This document shows, one piece after another, positions 1 to 9,738 of a stretch of DNA of 64,000 bases. The stretch spans positions 100,511-164,510 of the forward strand of contig JABUFC010000001.1 in assembly GCA_013314715.1 (NCBI GenBank), given 5' to 3'. Under the pieces are notes generated by a model. It had not been told where the DNA came from. It saw nothing but the letters and a program-made list of their open reading frames with translations, and did no database searches. Source of the DNA: Bacteroidales bacterium (GTDB lineage Bacteria > Bacteroidota > Bacteroidia > Bacteroidales > GWA2-32-17). Position 1 is the stretch's first letter. Each line of letters begins with the position of its first letter. The position numbers and the translations under genes were made by a program.

Positions 1-643
1 TTTCTTTTTTATCGACAGGTCGATAAATAATATCGCCGAAATTGAGTTTATCGTTCCAAACCCTATTTCTTCCATAACGGCGGCAAAGATCGTAATAACT
101 TTCGGCTTGGCGTTTTAGTGCAACGGTATCGCCTTCGGGAAAGTTAAAAACAACCATATCGTTGCGTTCTACTTTTCCGAAACCAGCAAGGCGTTTATAT
201 GGCCATTGAACCCATTCTACAAAAGATTTTGCAGTTTCGCTAAACGGCATAGTATGATGTACAAAAGGAAAAGAAAGTGGGGTGTTAGGAATTCTTGGTC
301 CATAGCTAACTTTGCTCACAAAAAGATAATCGCCGACCAATAATGTTTTTTCCATTGATGATGTTGGAATAGTAAAGGCTTCGATAAAAAATGTTCTAAT
401 AAGTGTAGCTGCTACTACTGCAAATATGATTGCATCAATCCATTCTACAAGTTTTGATGGTTTTTTACCACGTTTTTTCCAAAAGGTCCAATTAACTTTT
501 TTAGAGATGTATATATCATAAAAAATAGGTAACCCTAATAATAACCAGTAATTTCCAATCCATATTACCCATAAAATAAAAATGGTGGTTGCAAAACCAA
601 AACGAACCCATTTGTTTTTTAAAAATGCTTTTAATTTCTTCAT
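1..643 (-). CDS. lepB: signal peptidase I (start at 643; C-terminus runs off the window start)
   Basis: My translation of the minus strand from ATG 643-641 gives MKKLKAFLKNKWVRFGFATTIFILWVIW (N-terminal TM). It continues to IPTSSMEKTLLVGDYLFVSKVSYG (catalytic Ser box of SPase I) and NDMVVFNFPEGD. It is absent from the ORF track because no stop lies in the window. Confidence 0.85.
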   Translation of the reverse strand, partial: MKKLKAFLKNKWVRFGFATTIFILWVIWIGNYWLLLGLPIFYDIYISKKVNWTFWKKRGKKPSKLVEWIDAIIFAVVAATLIRTFFIEAFTIPTSSMEKTLLVGDYLFVSKVSYGPRIPNTPLSFPFVHHTMPFSETAKSFVEWVQWPYKRLAGFGKVERNDMVVFNFPEGDTVALKRQAESYYDLCRRYGRNRVWNDKLNFGDIIYRPVDKKE

Positions 644-646
644 ATA

Positions 647-1384
647 TTATTTTATTAAATTGTTCATAGTATAAATTCCTGCTGGTTGATTTATTAAATA
701 TTCTGCTGCCTTTATGGCTCCCAAAGCAAAACCGGTTCTGTTTTTAGCATTGTGAGTAAGGGTTATGCTGTCAACGTCGCTTTCAAATGTTAGTTTATGT
801 TCTCCTATTACAGAATCTTTTCGGTATGAATAAATAGGTAAAGTATGAGACAAAGAATGGTTTTGTACATCTTGGTTTAAATAATTTTCAATTTTATTAA
901 ATTGTTTCATTTGGTTCATGACTATATTTGATAGTGTGAGTGCTGTGCCACTTGGACTATCTTTTTTTTGAGTATGATGCGTTTCTTCTATGTAAATATG
1001 ATATTGTCCAATAAATTGATTCATGAGCTTTGTTGAATATTCGATTATTTTCATATAAAGATTGACCCCGATGCTAAAATTGGAGGCATAAAATAAGGTG
1101 CCATTATATTTTTTTTGCCATTGTTTTATAGTTGGCATATGTTCATACCAGCCTGTAGTACCACAAACAATAGGAATATTTTGTTCAAAACATATTTTTA
1201 TGTTATCGATAGCCGAAGTTGGTTGTGTAAATTCTATAGCTACGTCAGTATGTATTTTTTTTAATTGAAATATATCTTGATGATTTTGAATGTCTATAAT
1301 TTTGGTTACTTCTATTTGATTAGAATTTGCAAGGCGTTCAATTTCCTTGCCCATTTTTCCATATCCAATAATAGCGATTTTCAT
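647..1384 (-). CDS. dapB: 4-hydroxy-tetrahydrodipicolinate reductase
   Basis: 245 aa. N-terminal Rossmann motif MKIAIIGYGKMGK and DapB signature EETHHTQKKDSPSGTA. Confidence 0.93.
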   Translation of the reverse strand: MKIAIIGYGKMGKEIERLANSNQIEVTKIIDIQNHQDIFQLKKIHTDVAIEFTQPTSAIDNIKICFEQNIPIVCGTTGWYEHMPTIKQWQKKYNGTLFYASNFSIGVNLYMKIIEYSTKLMNQFIGQYHIYIEETHHTQKKDSPSGTALTLSNIVMNQMKQFNKIENYLNQDVQNHSLSHTLPIYSYRKDSVIGEHKLTFESDVDSITLTHNAKNRTGFALGAIKAAEYLINQPAGIYTMNNLIK

Positions 1385-1398
1385 TTTTGTTGTAAAAA

Positions 1399-1430
1399 TA
1401 TAAAAAAGGGAAGCATATCGGCTTCCCTTT
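1399..1430 (-). terminator. intrinsic terminator after rplT
   Basis: Stem aaagggaagc (1405-1414) pairs with gcttcccttt (1421-1430). On the minus strand it is followed by a T-run. Confidence 0.65.
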
Positions 1431-1451
1431 ATAAAATTTTGATAAAAAAAA

Positions 1452-1799
1452 TTACTTTTTAACAGTTTTTACAATTTCTGCAAAAGCACTAGGATTATTC
1501 ATAGCTAAATCTGCTAATGCTTTTCGATTGAGTTCGATACCATGTTTATGAATGGCACCCATAAATTCGGAATACGACATTCCGTGTTCGCGAGCAGCTG
1601 CATTAATACGTTGAATCCACAATGCTCTAAATTCAATTTTCTTTTTGCGACGATCGCGATAAGCATAAGTTTGACCTTTTTCCCATGAGTTTTTTGCAAC
1701 AGTCCAAACATTTTTGCGTGACAAAAAACTTCCTTTGGTTCTTTTTAAAATTTTCTTTCTTCTAGCTCTTGAAGCTACTGAATTTACTGAACGTGGCAT
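1452..1799 (-). CDS. rplT: 50S ribosomal protein L20
   Basis: 115 aa, [19 protein letters not shown]..., typical L20. It sits in the conserved infC-rpmI-rplT order. Confidence 0.97.
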   Translation of the reverse strand: MPRSVNSVASRARRKKILKRTKGSFLSRKNVWTVAKNSWEKGQTYAYRDRRKKKIEFRALWIQRINAAAREHGMSYSEFMGAIHKHGIELNRKALADLAMNNPSAFAEIVKTVKK

Positions 1800-1881
1800 A
1801 ACACATTTTTTTTGTGAATGTTTAGCGTTAGTTATTACACTAATCTTTCGGGCTAAAACATTCGGTTAAACATTAAATTAC

Positions 1882-2079
1882 TTATTTCATGCCTAATAAA
1901 AGCTTTGTACTTTCTAATCTTGCAGGTTCTACATCTGCAAAGTAACCAAGATTTCTTTTTCTTTTTTTCGATTTCTTGGTAAGAATGTGGCTTTTATAAG
2001 CATGTTTTCTTCTGATTTTACCGGTACCCGATATTTTAAATCTTTTTTTTGCACCGGAATTGGTTTTTACTTTTGGCAT
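1882..2079 (-). CDS. rpmI: 50S ribosomal protein L35
   Basis: 65 aa, [15 protein letters not shown]..., typical L35. Confidence 0.96.
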   Translation of the reverse strand: MPKVKTNSGAKKRFKISGTGKIRRKHAYKSHILTKKSKKRKRNLGYFADVEPARLESTKLLLGMK

Positions 2080-2112
2080 TGCCTTTTCCTCTTTATTTGG
2101 TTTGACATTAAG

Positions 2113-2673
2113 TTAATTTTTCTTTTTTGGTAAGGGGCTTATCATTAAAATCATTCGTTTACCTTCAAGTTTAGGTTCTTGTTCGAGTTTACCATATTCT
2201 TCTAAGTCTTTAACAAACCGGTCAAGTATTTCTTTACCTTGGTCTGCATAAAGAATAGAACGTCCCTTAAAAAAAACGAATGCTTTTACTTTATTCCCTT
2301 CTTGTAAAAAATTAATAGCATGTTTGAGCTTAAAGTTATAATCGTGGTCGTCGGTGTTAGGTCCAAAACGAATTTCTTTAACTACAACTTTGGCTGTTTT
2401 GGCTTTAATTTCTTTTTGTTTCTTTTTTTGTTGATATAAAAATTTTTGAAAATCAAGTATCTTACAAACAGGAGGTTGGGCATTGGGCGATATTTCAATT
2501 AAATCAAGTTCCATTTCTTGAGCAAGCTTAAGTGCTTCTTGAATTGATACGATACCAGGGTTAGGAATGTTGTCGCCAACTAAGCGAACCATCTTGGCTT
2601 TTATTTGCTCGTTAATTGAATACTGATATTCTAATTCATCTTTTTTGTTATGCATGTGTTGTCTATTTTGCAT
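2113..2673 (-). CDS. infC: translation initiation factor IF-3
   Basis: 186 aa, [16 protein letters not shown]...[19 protein letters not shown], typical IF-3. The exact start is uncertain because IF-3 genes often use atypical starts. Confidence 0.93.
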   Translation of the reverse strand: MQNRQHMHNKKDELEYQYSINEQIKAKMVRLVGDNIPNPGIVSIQEALKLAQEMELDLIEISPNAQPPVCKILDFQKFLYQQKKKQKEIKAKTAKVVVKEIRFGPNTDDHDYNFKLKHAINFLQEGNKVKAFVFFKGRSILYADQGKEILDRFVKDLEEYGKLEQEPKLEGKRMILMISPLPKKKN

Positions 2674-2693
2674 TTAAAAATTAAACCTCCTTT

Positions 2694-4643
2694 TTATTCA
2701 TTTATTTCTTTTAATGTTTCGTTGATTTCTGATTGAATAAAATGGGCAAAATCTGCAACAGTCATGGAGCCTTTGTCGCCTTCGCCTTGTTTTCGAACAG
2801 AAATAGTTTCTGTTTCTTCTTCTTTTTCTCCAACTATTAGCATAAATGGAATACGCTTTAATTCATTGTCGCGTATCTTTTTGCCTATTTTTTCGTTTCT
2901 ATCGTCAACGAGGGTGCGAATATCGTAATTATTTAGCAAATTTTCAACTTTTTTTGCATAATTGTTGAATTTTTCGCTTATAGGTAGTATTACAGCTTGT
3001 TCTGGAGTGAGCCATAATGGAAATTTTCCTGCAGTATGTTCAATTAAAACTGCTACAAATCGTTCCATAGAACCAAATGGGGCTCGATGTATCATAATAG
3101 GGCGGTGTTTTTGATTATCTTCACCGGTGTATTCTAAATCGAAACGTTCGGGTAGATTGTAGTCTACTTGAATGGTACCAAGTTGCCATTTTCTTCCGAT
3201 AGCATCTTTAACCATGAAGTCAAGCTTAGGACCATAGAAAGCTGCTTCGCCTATCTCAACCGTAGTTTCTAAACCGCGTTCTTTTGCTGCTTCTATAATA
3301 GCTTGTTCGGCTTTGTGCCAATTTTCGTCAGAACCAATATATTTTTCTTTGTTATTAGGGTCCCTCAGTGATATTTGAGCAGTAAATTTATCGAAGTTTA
3401 ATGTTTTAAAAATGTATAAAACAATATCGATAACTTTAACGAATTCGTCTTTTAATTGGTCAGGGCGACAGAAAATATGAGCATCATCTTGTGTAAATCC
3501 TCTAACGCGAGTAAGACCATGTAGTTCGCCACTTTGTTCGTAACGATACACCGTTCCAAATTCGGCTAAGCGAAGAGGTAAGTCTTTGTATGAGCGTGGT
3601 TTGTTTTTGTATATCTCGCAATGATGAGGGCAATTCATTGGTTTTAAAAGAAATTCTTCGCCTTCTTGTGGTGTATGTATGGGTTGGAAAGAATCTTTGC
3701 CATATTTTGCATAATGACCACTGGTAACATAAAGTTCTTTTTGTCCAATGTGAGGAGTAATTACTTGTTGATATCCGTATTTTTTTTGAATTTTCTTTAA
3801 AAATTGTTCTAGTCGTTCGCGTAGAGCAGCACCTTTAGGAAGCCAAATAGGCAAACCACTACCAACTGATTGCGAAAACATAAATAGTTCGAGCTCTTTA
3901 CCAATTTTTCGATGGTCGCGTTTTTTAGCTTCTTCGAGCATAGCTATATATTCGTCGAGCATTTTTTGTTTTGGAAAACTAATTCCATAAATACGGGTGA
4001 GTTGTTTGCGTTTCTCGTCGCCACGCCAATATGCACCAGCTAAGCTCATTATCTTTATGGCTTTAATGTATCCGGTGTTAGGTAAGTGTGGTCCACGACA
4101 AAGGTCTGTAAAATTACCTTGTTGGTATATGCTTATGGTACCATCTTCGAGTTCTGAAATAAGTTCAGTTTTTAAGTAATCGTTTTTTTTGTTAAAAAAG
4201 TCGAGTGCTTCTTGTTTTGAAATATTTTTACGTACAATATTTTCTTTGTGTTGAGCCAATTCTTTCATCTTGGCTTCTATTTTTGGTAAATCGGCATCGG
4301 TAATAACTACACCTTCGGGAAATTCGACATCGTAATAAAAACCTTGTTCAATGGCAGGTCCAATACCAAATTTGGTGTTGGGATATAGTTGTTCTATTGC
4401 TTCGGCCATAAGGTGAGCTGAGCTATGCCAAAAGGCATGTTTGCCTTCTTCGTCGTTCCATGTGTGAATTTTTATTGTAGCATCGGTTTCAATAGGGCGA
4501 GTTAAGTCCCATAATTCATTATTAACAGTAATCGCCAATGCATCTTCAGCTAAACTACGGCTAAGTGATTTAGCAATATCGAGCCCTGTAACTCCTTTGT
4601 CAAACTCCAAAACCCTTTGGTCGGGTAGTGTTATTTTTATCAT
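2694..4643 (-). CDS. thrS: threonine--tRNA ligase
   Basis: Class II ThrRS with a TGS-like N-terminus ([14 protein letters not shown]), the FWHSSAHL editing-domain motif and [11 protein letters not shown]. The ORF track starts at 4673, but the ATG at 4643 fits the usual N-terminus better. Confidence 0.95.
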   Translation of the reverse strand: MIKITLPDQRVLEFDKGVTGLDIAKSLSRSLAEDALAITVNNELWDLTRPIETDATIKIHTWNDEEGKHAFWHSSAHLMAEAIEQLYPNTKFGIGPAIEQGFYYDVEFPEGVVITDADLPKIEAKMKELAQHKENIVRKNISKQEALDFFNKKNDYLKTELISELEDGTISIYQQGNFTDLCRGPHLPNTGYIKAIKIMSLAGAYWRGDEKRKQLTRIYGISFPKQKMLDEYIAMLEEAKKRDHRKIGKELELFMFSQSVGSGLPIWLPKGAALRERLEQFLKKIQKKYGYQQVITPHIGQKELYVTSGHYAKYGKDSFQPIHTPQEGEEFLLKPMNCPHHCEIYKNKPRSYKDLPLRLAEFGTVYRYEQSGELHGLTRVRGFTQDDAHIFCRPDQLKDEFVKVIDIVLYIFKTLNFDKFTAQISLRDPNNKEKYIGSDENWHKAEQAIIEAAKERGLETTVEIGEAAFYGPKLDFMVKDAIGRKWQLGTIQVDYNLPERFDLEYTGEDNQKHRPIMIHRAPFGSMERFVAVLIEHTAGKFPLWLTPEQAVILPISEKFNNYAKKVENLLNNYDIRTLVDDRNEKIGKKIRDNELKRIPFMLIVGEKEEETETISVRKQGEGDKGSMTVADFAHFIQSEINETLKEINE

Positions 4644-4745
4644 AATTAAAAAATTTGGAGTGCAAAGGTACAAAATAATTTAATATTATGTATAAATACC
4701 ATATTTACATTAAGGTGAATTCTTTAAAAGGGGTTGTTTATAACG

Positions 4746-4776
4746 AAAAACGGCCATCAAAATGACAGCCGTTTTT
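4746..4776 (-). terminator. probable intrinsic terminator after the hydrogenase operon
   Basis: aaaaacggc (4746-4754) pairs with gccgttttt (4768-4776), just downstream of the hydC-like stop. The stem has only 4 GC pairs, so confidence is moderate. Confidence 0.5.
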
Positions 4777-4812
4777 AATCAAGAAACCATGAAACGAAAT
4801 TTAAAGAACGTT

Positions 4813-5289
4813 TTATTTATATTCTTCAAGAATTTCTTTAACTTGTTCGGGTGCAACCCGTCCGTATGTTTTTTCGCCAATCATAACGACTGGAGCAAGT
4901 CCACAAGCACCGACACAACGTAAGCAGTTGAGCGAAAATTTACCATCGGCAGTACTTTCTCCAACTTTAATATTCAATTGTTTTTTGAATTCGTCAAGTA
5001 CTTTTTCAGCACCGCGAACATAACATGCTGTTCCAAGGCAAATGGAAATGGGGTGCTCACCTTTGGGAGTCATGGTAAAAAAGGAGTAGAATGTAACAAT
5101 ACCATAAATTTTTGCTACTGATATTTTTAGTTCTTTGGCAATTATTTCTTGAACTTCGGCTGGTAGATAGCCAAATTCTCCTTGAACATTATGTAAGATA
5201 TTGATAAGTTCGCCTTCATCGTTGTTGAACTTTTTGCAGATTTCTTGAATCTTTTTTATTTTCGATTCTGATATTTTAATGCTTACCAT
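4813..5289 (-). CDS. NuoE-like [2Fe-2S] subunit of [FeFe]-hydrogenase (HydC-like)
   Basis: 158 aa with NuoE/HydC cysteine pattern CLGTACYVRG ... CLRCVGACGLAP. Last gene of the hydrogenase cluster. Confidence 0.88.
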   Translation of the reverse strand: MVSIKISESKIKKIQEICKKFNNDEGELINILHNVQGEFGYLPAEVQEIIAKELKISVAKIYGIVTFYSFFTMTPKGEHPISICLGTACYVRGAEKVLDEFKKQLNIKVGESTADGKFSLNCLRCVGACGLAPVVMIGEKTYGRVAPEQVKEILEEYK

Positions 5290-5300
5290 AGTTGTAAATT

Positions 5301-7076
5301 TTATTCTTCGTTTATAATGATTTCGTTCGCTTTTGAAAAATAATGAGTGTGTAAAAGATGATGTGATTTTTCGCTTAAAGGTTTACCCAGAAATTTTTCA
5401 TAAAGTTCTATGATGGCTGGGTTTTCGTGTGATTTGCGAATTGGTTTATTAGCATCTTCTTGATAAATAGCTTTTGCACGTTTTTGTATCACATCCATTT
5501 TACCATGATGATAAGGTTGACCACCGCCGCCAATACATCCACCGGGACAAGCCATTACTTCGATAGCGTGCAATTGTATGCTACCGTTGCGAACTTGGTC
5601 GAGTAGTTTACGAGCATTTCCTAATCCATGAGCAATGCCTATTTTTAATGTAAGTCCATTAAAATCAACATCGGCAATGCGAAGGTTTTCTAAGCCTCTC
5701 AACTGTGAGAATTCTATTTTGTCGAGTTTTTTTCCGGTATGTAGTTCGTAAGCTGTGCGGCAGGCTGCTTCGATAACGCCACCCGTATTACCAAAAATAA
5801 CACCGGCACCGGTTGATTCACCTAAGGGTAAATCAAATTCTTCGTCAGGCAATTCGAGGAAATTAATGTTCGATTGTTTGATAAGAGCTGCCAACTCTCG
5901 AGTTGATAGAGCATAATCAACATCGGGATTCCCATTAACTTTGAATTCATCGCGTTGACATTCATATTTTTTAGCTAAACAAGGCATAATTGAAACAACG
6001 ACCATTTTTTCTCTATCAATACCAAGTTTTTGAGCGAAGTATGATTTAGCAATGGCCCCAAACATTTGTTGTGGTGACTTTGCCGATGATGGAACATCTA
6101 ACAAATCGGGATAATATTCTTCGAAGAAATTGACCCATGCTGGACAGCAAGAAGTAAGGATAGGGAGTCGAACCGATTTATCGCCATTTAAGTAACGTGT
6201 TAGGCGATCGAGCAATTCAGCTCCTTCTTCCATAATGGTAAGGTCGGCAGCAAAATCGGTATCGAAAACATAATCAAATCCTAAACGCTTCAATGCAGCT
6301 ACAAGTTTACCGGTAACGAGTGTGCCAGGTTCGAGTCCAAATTCTTCGCCGAGGGCAGCTCGAACTGCTGGTGCTGTTTGAACAACGACCACTTTTTCGG
6401 GATTAGCCAAAGCTCTGATAACTTTATTGGTATCGTCAACTTCTGTTAATGCACCGGTTGGGCAGACTGCAACGCATTGACCGCAATAAGTACATGTGCT
6501 TTTTACTAAATCTTGCTCAAATGCGGGTGCTACTACTGCCATAAATCCTCTGTTTACTGCACTAAGAGCTCCTACCGTTTGCACTGTATTGCACATTGTT
6601 TCGCATCGACGGCACATGATACATTTATCTACATCGCGAATAATGGAGGGTGAAGTGTCTTTGCGATATGTAGATTGTTCGCCTTTATAGTGTATTTCGC
6701 GAATTCCAAGGTCTTGAGCCATTTTTTGTAAATCGCATTTGCCATTTTTTGCACAAACGAGACAATCGAATGGGTGATCAGATAAAATAAGTTCCATTAC
6801 AGTTTTTCGTGCATTTAATACACGAATGTTGCTTGTTTGAATTTCCATTCCATCGTTGCACTCGGTAGCACAAGCAGGTGCTAAGTTTTTTCTTCCTTTA
6901 ACTTCAACAACACAAATACGACAACCACCGGGTTTGTTTTCGATATTAAAATCGTCCAACTTCATGTAGCATAAAGTAGGAATATTGATATTGGCTTTTT
7001 TAGCTGCTTCAAGAATAGTAAGTCCTTTTTCAACAGCTATTTCTTTACCATCTATTTTAACTTTAATCTGTTCCAT
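5301..7076 (-). CDS. hydA: [FeFe]-hydrogenase catalytic subunit (HydA, multi-cluster type)
   Basis: 591 aa. It has an N-terminal 2Fe-2S fold (CYMKLDD...GGCRICVVEV) and two 4Fe-4S ferredoxin motifs (CIMCRRCETMC, CTYCGQCVAVCP). H-cluster motifs TSCCPAW, MPCLAKKYE and EVMACPGGCIGGGGQP are present. Confidence 0.95.
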   Translation of the reverse strand: MEQIKVKIDGKEIAVEKGLTILEAAKKANINIPTLCYMKLDDFNIENKPGGCRICVVEVKGRKNLAPACATECNDGMEIQTSNIRVLNARKTVMELILSDHPFDCLVCAKNGKCDLQKMAQDLGIREIHYKGEQSTYRKDTSPSIIRDVDKCIMCRRCETMCNTVQTVGALSAVNRGFMAVVAPAFEQDLVKSTCTYCGQCVAVCPTGALTEVDDTNKVIRALANPEKVVVVQTAPAVRAALGEEFGLEPGTLVTGKLVAALKRLGFDYVFDTDFAADLTIMEEGAELLDRLTRYLNGDKSVRLPILTSCCPAWVNFFEEYYPDLLDVPSSAKSPQQMFGAIAKSYFAQKLGIDREKMVVVSIMPCLAKKYECQRDEFKVNGNPDVDYALSTRELAALIKQSNINFLELPDEEFDLPLGESTGAGVIFGNTGGVIEAACRTAYELHTGKKLDKIEFSQLRGLENLRIADVDFNGLTLKIGIAHGLGNARKLLDQVRNGSIQLHAIEVMACPGGCIGGGGQPYHHGKMDVIQKRAKAIYQEDANKPIRKSHENPAIIELYEKFLGKPLSEKSHHLLHTHYFSKANEIIINEE

Positions 7077-7091
7077 ATTTTTTGTTCTTAA

Positions 7092-8573
7092 TTATTTAAC
7101 ATAAACAGCATTGAATTTGCATTTTTCGAGGCATGCTCCACATTTGATACAAATATCTTGGTTGATTTCATGAATTTGCTTGCGTTCGCCTTTAATGGCA
7201 TTAACAGGGCAATTGCGAGCACATGCTGTACAGCCAACACAGTTATCGGGATTGATATAATAATGAACCATGCTTTTACATTGTCCAGCTCTGCATTTAT
7301 GAACAGTTACATGTTCTAAATATTCGTCATTGAAGTTGTCTAAAGTAGATAATACGGGGTTAGGTGATGTTTGTCCTAAGCCACACAATGAGGTGTCTTT
7401 AATCACGTTGCTTAAGTTTCTCAATAGTTCTAAATCTTCTAAGGTACCTTCGCCTTTAACTATTTTATCTAATAATTCTGAGAGTCGTTTATTTCCAATT
7501 CTACAGGGAGAACATTTACCGCAGCTTTCTTCGACTGTAAAATCGAGATAAAATTTAGCTACCGAAACCATGCAATCGTCTTCGTCCATTACAATCATAC
7601 CACCCGAACCCATCATGGAACCGGCTTCTAAAAGTGTATCGTATTCAATAGGAGTATCTAAATGTTTTTCTGTTAAACAACCTCCTGAAGGTCCACCAGT
7701 TTGAACTGCTTTGAATTTTTTGCCATTTTTAATACCTCCACCGATTTCAAAAATTACTTCGCGTAAGGTAACTCCCATAGGGACTTCTATAAGTCCTACA
7801 TTATTAATTTTACCTGCTAATGCAAAAACTTTTGTGCCTTTACTTTTTTCAGTTCCGATGGATGCGAACCATTCAGCGCCTTTGTTTATTATTACAGGAA
7901 TATTAGCAAACGTTTCAACATTATTTACGTTGGTAGGCATTCCTTTATATCCGGCAACTGAAGGGAATGGGGGCTTAAATGTGGGTTCGCCTCTAAGACC
8001 TTCCATAGAGTGGATTAAAGCGGTTTCTTCGCCACAAACAAAAGCACCCGCACCATAGCGAAGTTCAATATCAAAATTAAAGTTGGTTCCAAAAATATTT
8101 TCGCCTAAAAATCCATATTCGCGTGCTTGATTAATAGCTATTTTTAATCTTTCAATTGCAAGTGGATATTCGGCTCTTATATATACAAGCCCCTTGGAAG
8201 CACCAATCGCATAGCCTGCTATTGCCATAGCTTCAATAACCGAATGTGGGTCGCCTTCAAGAATGGAACGGTCCATAAATGCACCGGGGTCGCCTTCGTC
8301 AGCATTGCATACTACATATTTTTGTTTTGCTTCTGATTTACGTGTAATTTCCCATTTTAAACCAGTTGGGAAACCTCCACCTCCACGTCCTCGTAAGCCA
8401 GATTTTTTAATGATATCAATGGTAGTTTGTGGATCGAGTTCAGTTAGTACTTTGGCTAAAGCCATATAACCATCATGGGCAATATATTCTTCAATATTTT
8501 GTGGGTCAATTATGCCACAATTTCTTAATGCTATTCTTAATTGTTTAACTTTATTGTTCATATTTATAATCAT
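7092..8573 (-). CDS. NuoF-like flavoprotein subunit of [FeFe]-hydrogenase (HydB-like)
   Basis: 493 aa with FMN/NAD site GRGGGGFPTGLKW and NuoF 4Fe-4S motif ESCGKCSPCR...SLCGLGQTSPNPV. The C-terminus has 2x[4Fe-4S] (CVGCTACARNCP, CIKCGACLEKC). The start overlaps the upstream stop (TAATG); an alternative ATG lies at 8561. Confidence 0.92.
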   Translation of the reverse strand: MIINMNNKVKQLRIALRNCGIIDPQNIEEYIAHDGYMALAKVLTELDPQTTIDIIKKSGLRGRGGGGFPTGLKWEITRKSEAKQKYVVCNADEGDPGAFMDRSILEGDPHSVIEAMAIAGYAIGASKGLVYIRAEYPLAIERLKIAINQAREYGFLGENIFGTNFNFDIELRYGAGAFVCGEETALIHSMEGLRGEPTFKPPFPSVAGYKGMPTNVNNVETFANIPVIINKGAEWFASIGTEKSKGTKVFALAGKINNVGLIEVPMGVTLREVIFEIGGGIKNGKKFKAVQTGGPSGGCLTEKHLDTPIEYDTLLEAGSMMGSGGMIVMDEDDCMVSVAKFYLDFTVEESCGKCSPCRIGNKRLSELLDKIVKGEGTLEDLELLRNLSNVIKDTSLCGLGQTSPNPVLSTLDNFNDEYLEHVTVHKCRAGQCKSMVHYYINPDNCVGCTACARNCPVNAIKGERKQIHEINQDICIKCGACLEKCKFNAVYVK

Positions 8574-8959
8574 TATAAATTGTTTACATTTATATAATTT
8601 TTTTCGATGACACCTTCTACTGGTTTATTATTGATAATATAATTTTCGATAATTTCATCTACTTTTTTTTGGTCGACAAATCCGAATATTATTCCATTAT
8701 CACCATTTTTAATAATTTCGACTGTGGGTTCAGCATAACAATACCCCATACAACCGGTTGATACTATTTGTGCATTAATATTTCTTTTTGCAAGCTCTTT
8801 TTCAAAATATTCTTTAATATTCCCTGCACCCGATGCTAAACCACATGTAGCCATTGCAATTCTAACTATGATGGGCTTTTCTTTGTTCAAATTAATTTTA
8901 TTAGTTTGAATTTTTTTTCTAAGCTCATTAAAATTACTTATGTTGTTTATTCGTTCCAT
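8573..8959 (-). CDS. small thioredoxin-like [2Fe-2S] ferredoxin subunit (HydD-like)
   Basis: 128 aa with Cys residues in ATCGLASGAG and TGCMGYCYAEP. It resembles the N-terminal domain that is part of longer HydB proteins. First gene of the cluster. Confidence 0.7.
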   Translation of the reverse strand: MERINNISNFNELRKKIQTNKINLNKEKPIIVRIAMATCGLASGAGNIKEYFEKELAKRNINAQIVSTGCMGYCYAEPTVEIIKNGDNGIIFGFVDQKKVDEIIENYIINNKPVEGVIEKNYINVNNL

Positions 8960-8979
8960 ATGATAGTTATTTTTATTTG

Positions 8980-8987
8980 CAAAGATA
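8980..8987 (-). promoter_or_regulatory. -7 box TAtcTTTG (minus strand) for the hydrogenase operon
   Basis: Plus-strand caaagata is the reverse complement of TATCTTTG. It matches the Bacteroidota TAnnTTTG consensus about 21 nt upstream of the ATG at 8959. Confidence 0.5.
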
Positions 8988-9084
8988 ATATTGTTTTATT
9001 TAGTCAAACAATGACAAATGTTAGTAAAATAACATTGTTAATAAAATAACAGAATTATGCAAATGTATGATAATTAGTTTAATA

Positions 9085-9092
9085 TATATTTG
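9085..9092 (+). promoter_or_regulatory. -7 box TAtaTTTG for the nitroreductase operon
   Basis: Exact TAnnTTTG match about 85 nt upstream of the ATG at 9176. Confidence 0.4.
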
Positions 9093-9175
9093 TATTATTA
9101 AAATATGTTGTAAAACATGTTTAATTTGTTTGCCATTTTTATTGTTCAATTTTTTGATTTAATTTGTGAAAAAAA

Positions 9176-9736
9176 ATGGAACTATTATTTGAAATAAGAG
9201 AAAGGCAAAGTCCACGTTCATTTTTGCCCAAACCTATTCAAAAAGAACATCTTAATTTAATTTTTGAAGCAGCACAATGGGCTCCGAGTGCGTTTAATAG
9301 TCAACCTTGGAGGTATTTTGTAGCAGATAAATTTGAGAATGAAGTGTTTTTCAATAAAATATTGGAAACAATGACTGAATTTAATCAAAAGTGGGCAAGT
9401 TTGGCACCGGTTTTAGTTGCTGTTACATGTCAAAAATACTATGAGCATAATCAGCAATTAAATTTAACTGCATGGTATGATTGTGGACTTTCGACTCAAA
9501 ATTTAATTATTCAGGCAATGCATTTAGGTATAAGTGCACATATTATGGGTGGATTTGATAGAGATAAATTGTCGAAAGAGTTAAATTTACCAGAATCGAT
9601 GGATTGTATTAGTATTATTGCGATCGGTTATCAAGGTAGTTTAGAACTTTTACCACAAGAAATCAGAAATATTGAAACAGATAAGAAAAGAATTCGTAAA
9701 AATTTAGATGAAATAATTTTTAATAAACCGCTATAA
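9176..9736 (+). CDS. nitroreductase family protein
   Basis: 186 aa. RQSPRSF...AAQWAPSAFNSQPWRY is typical of the NADH-oxidase/flavin-reductase nitroreductase fold. Confidence 0.85.
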   Translation: MELLFEIRERQSPRSFLPKPIQKEHLNLIFEAAQWAPSAFNSQPWRYFVADKFENEVFFNKILETMTEFNQKWASLAPVLVAVTCQKYYEHNQQLNLTAWYDCGLSTQNLIIQAMHLGISAHIMGGFDRDKLSKELNLPESMDCISIIAIGYQGSLELLPQEIRNIETDKKRIRKNLDEIIFNKPL

Positions 9737-9738
9737 AT

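Noticed and set aside
4644-4673. Upstream start for thrS at 4673 ([10 protein letters not shown]...).
   Set aside because: The ten extra residues are not ThrRS-like. The ATG at 4643 gives the canonical MIKITLPD N-terminus.
7330-8469. Plus-strand ORFs (7330..7551, 7711..8058, 8263..8469) inside the NuoF-like gene, and 46733..47150 ORFs opposite sdaA.
   Set aside because: They lie fully within well-supported genes on the other strand and show no motifs.
9017-9036. 7-6-7 palindrome aatgtta-gtaaaa-taacatt in the divergent hydrogenase/nitroreductase promoter region, as a possible operator.
   Set aside because: Short AT-only palindromes are common in AT-rich spacers. It matches no box I know (Rex, Fnr/Crp-type).
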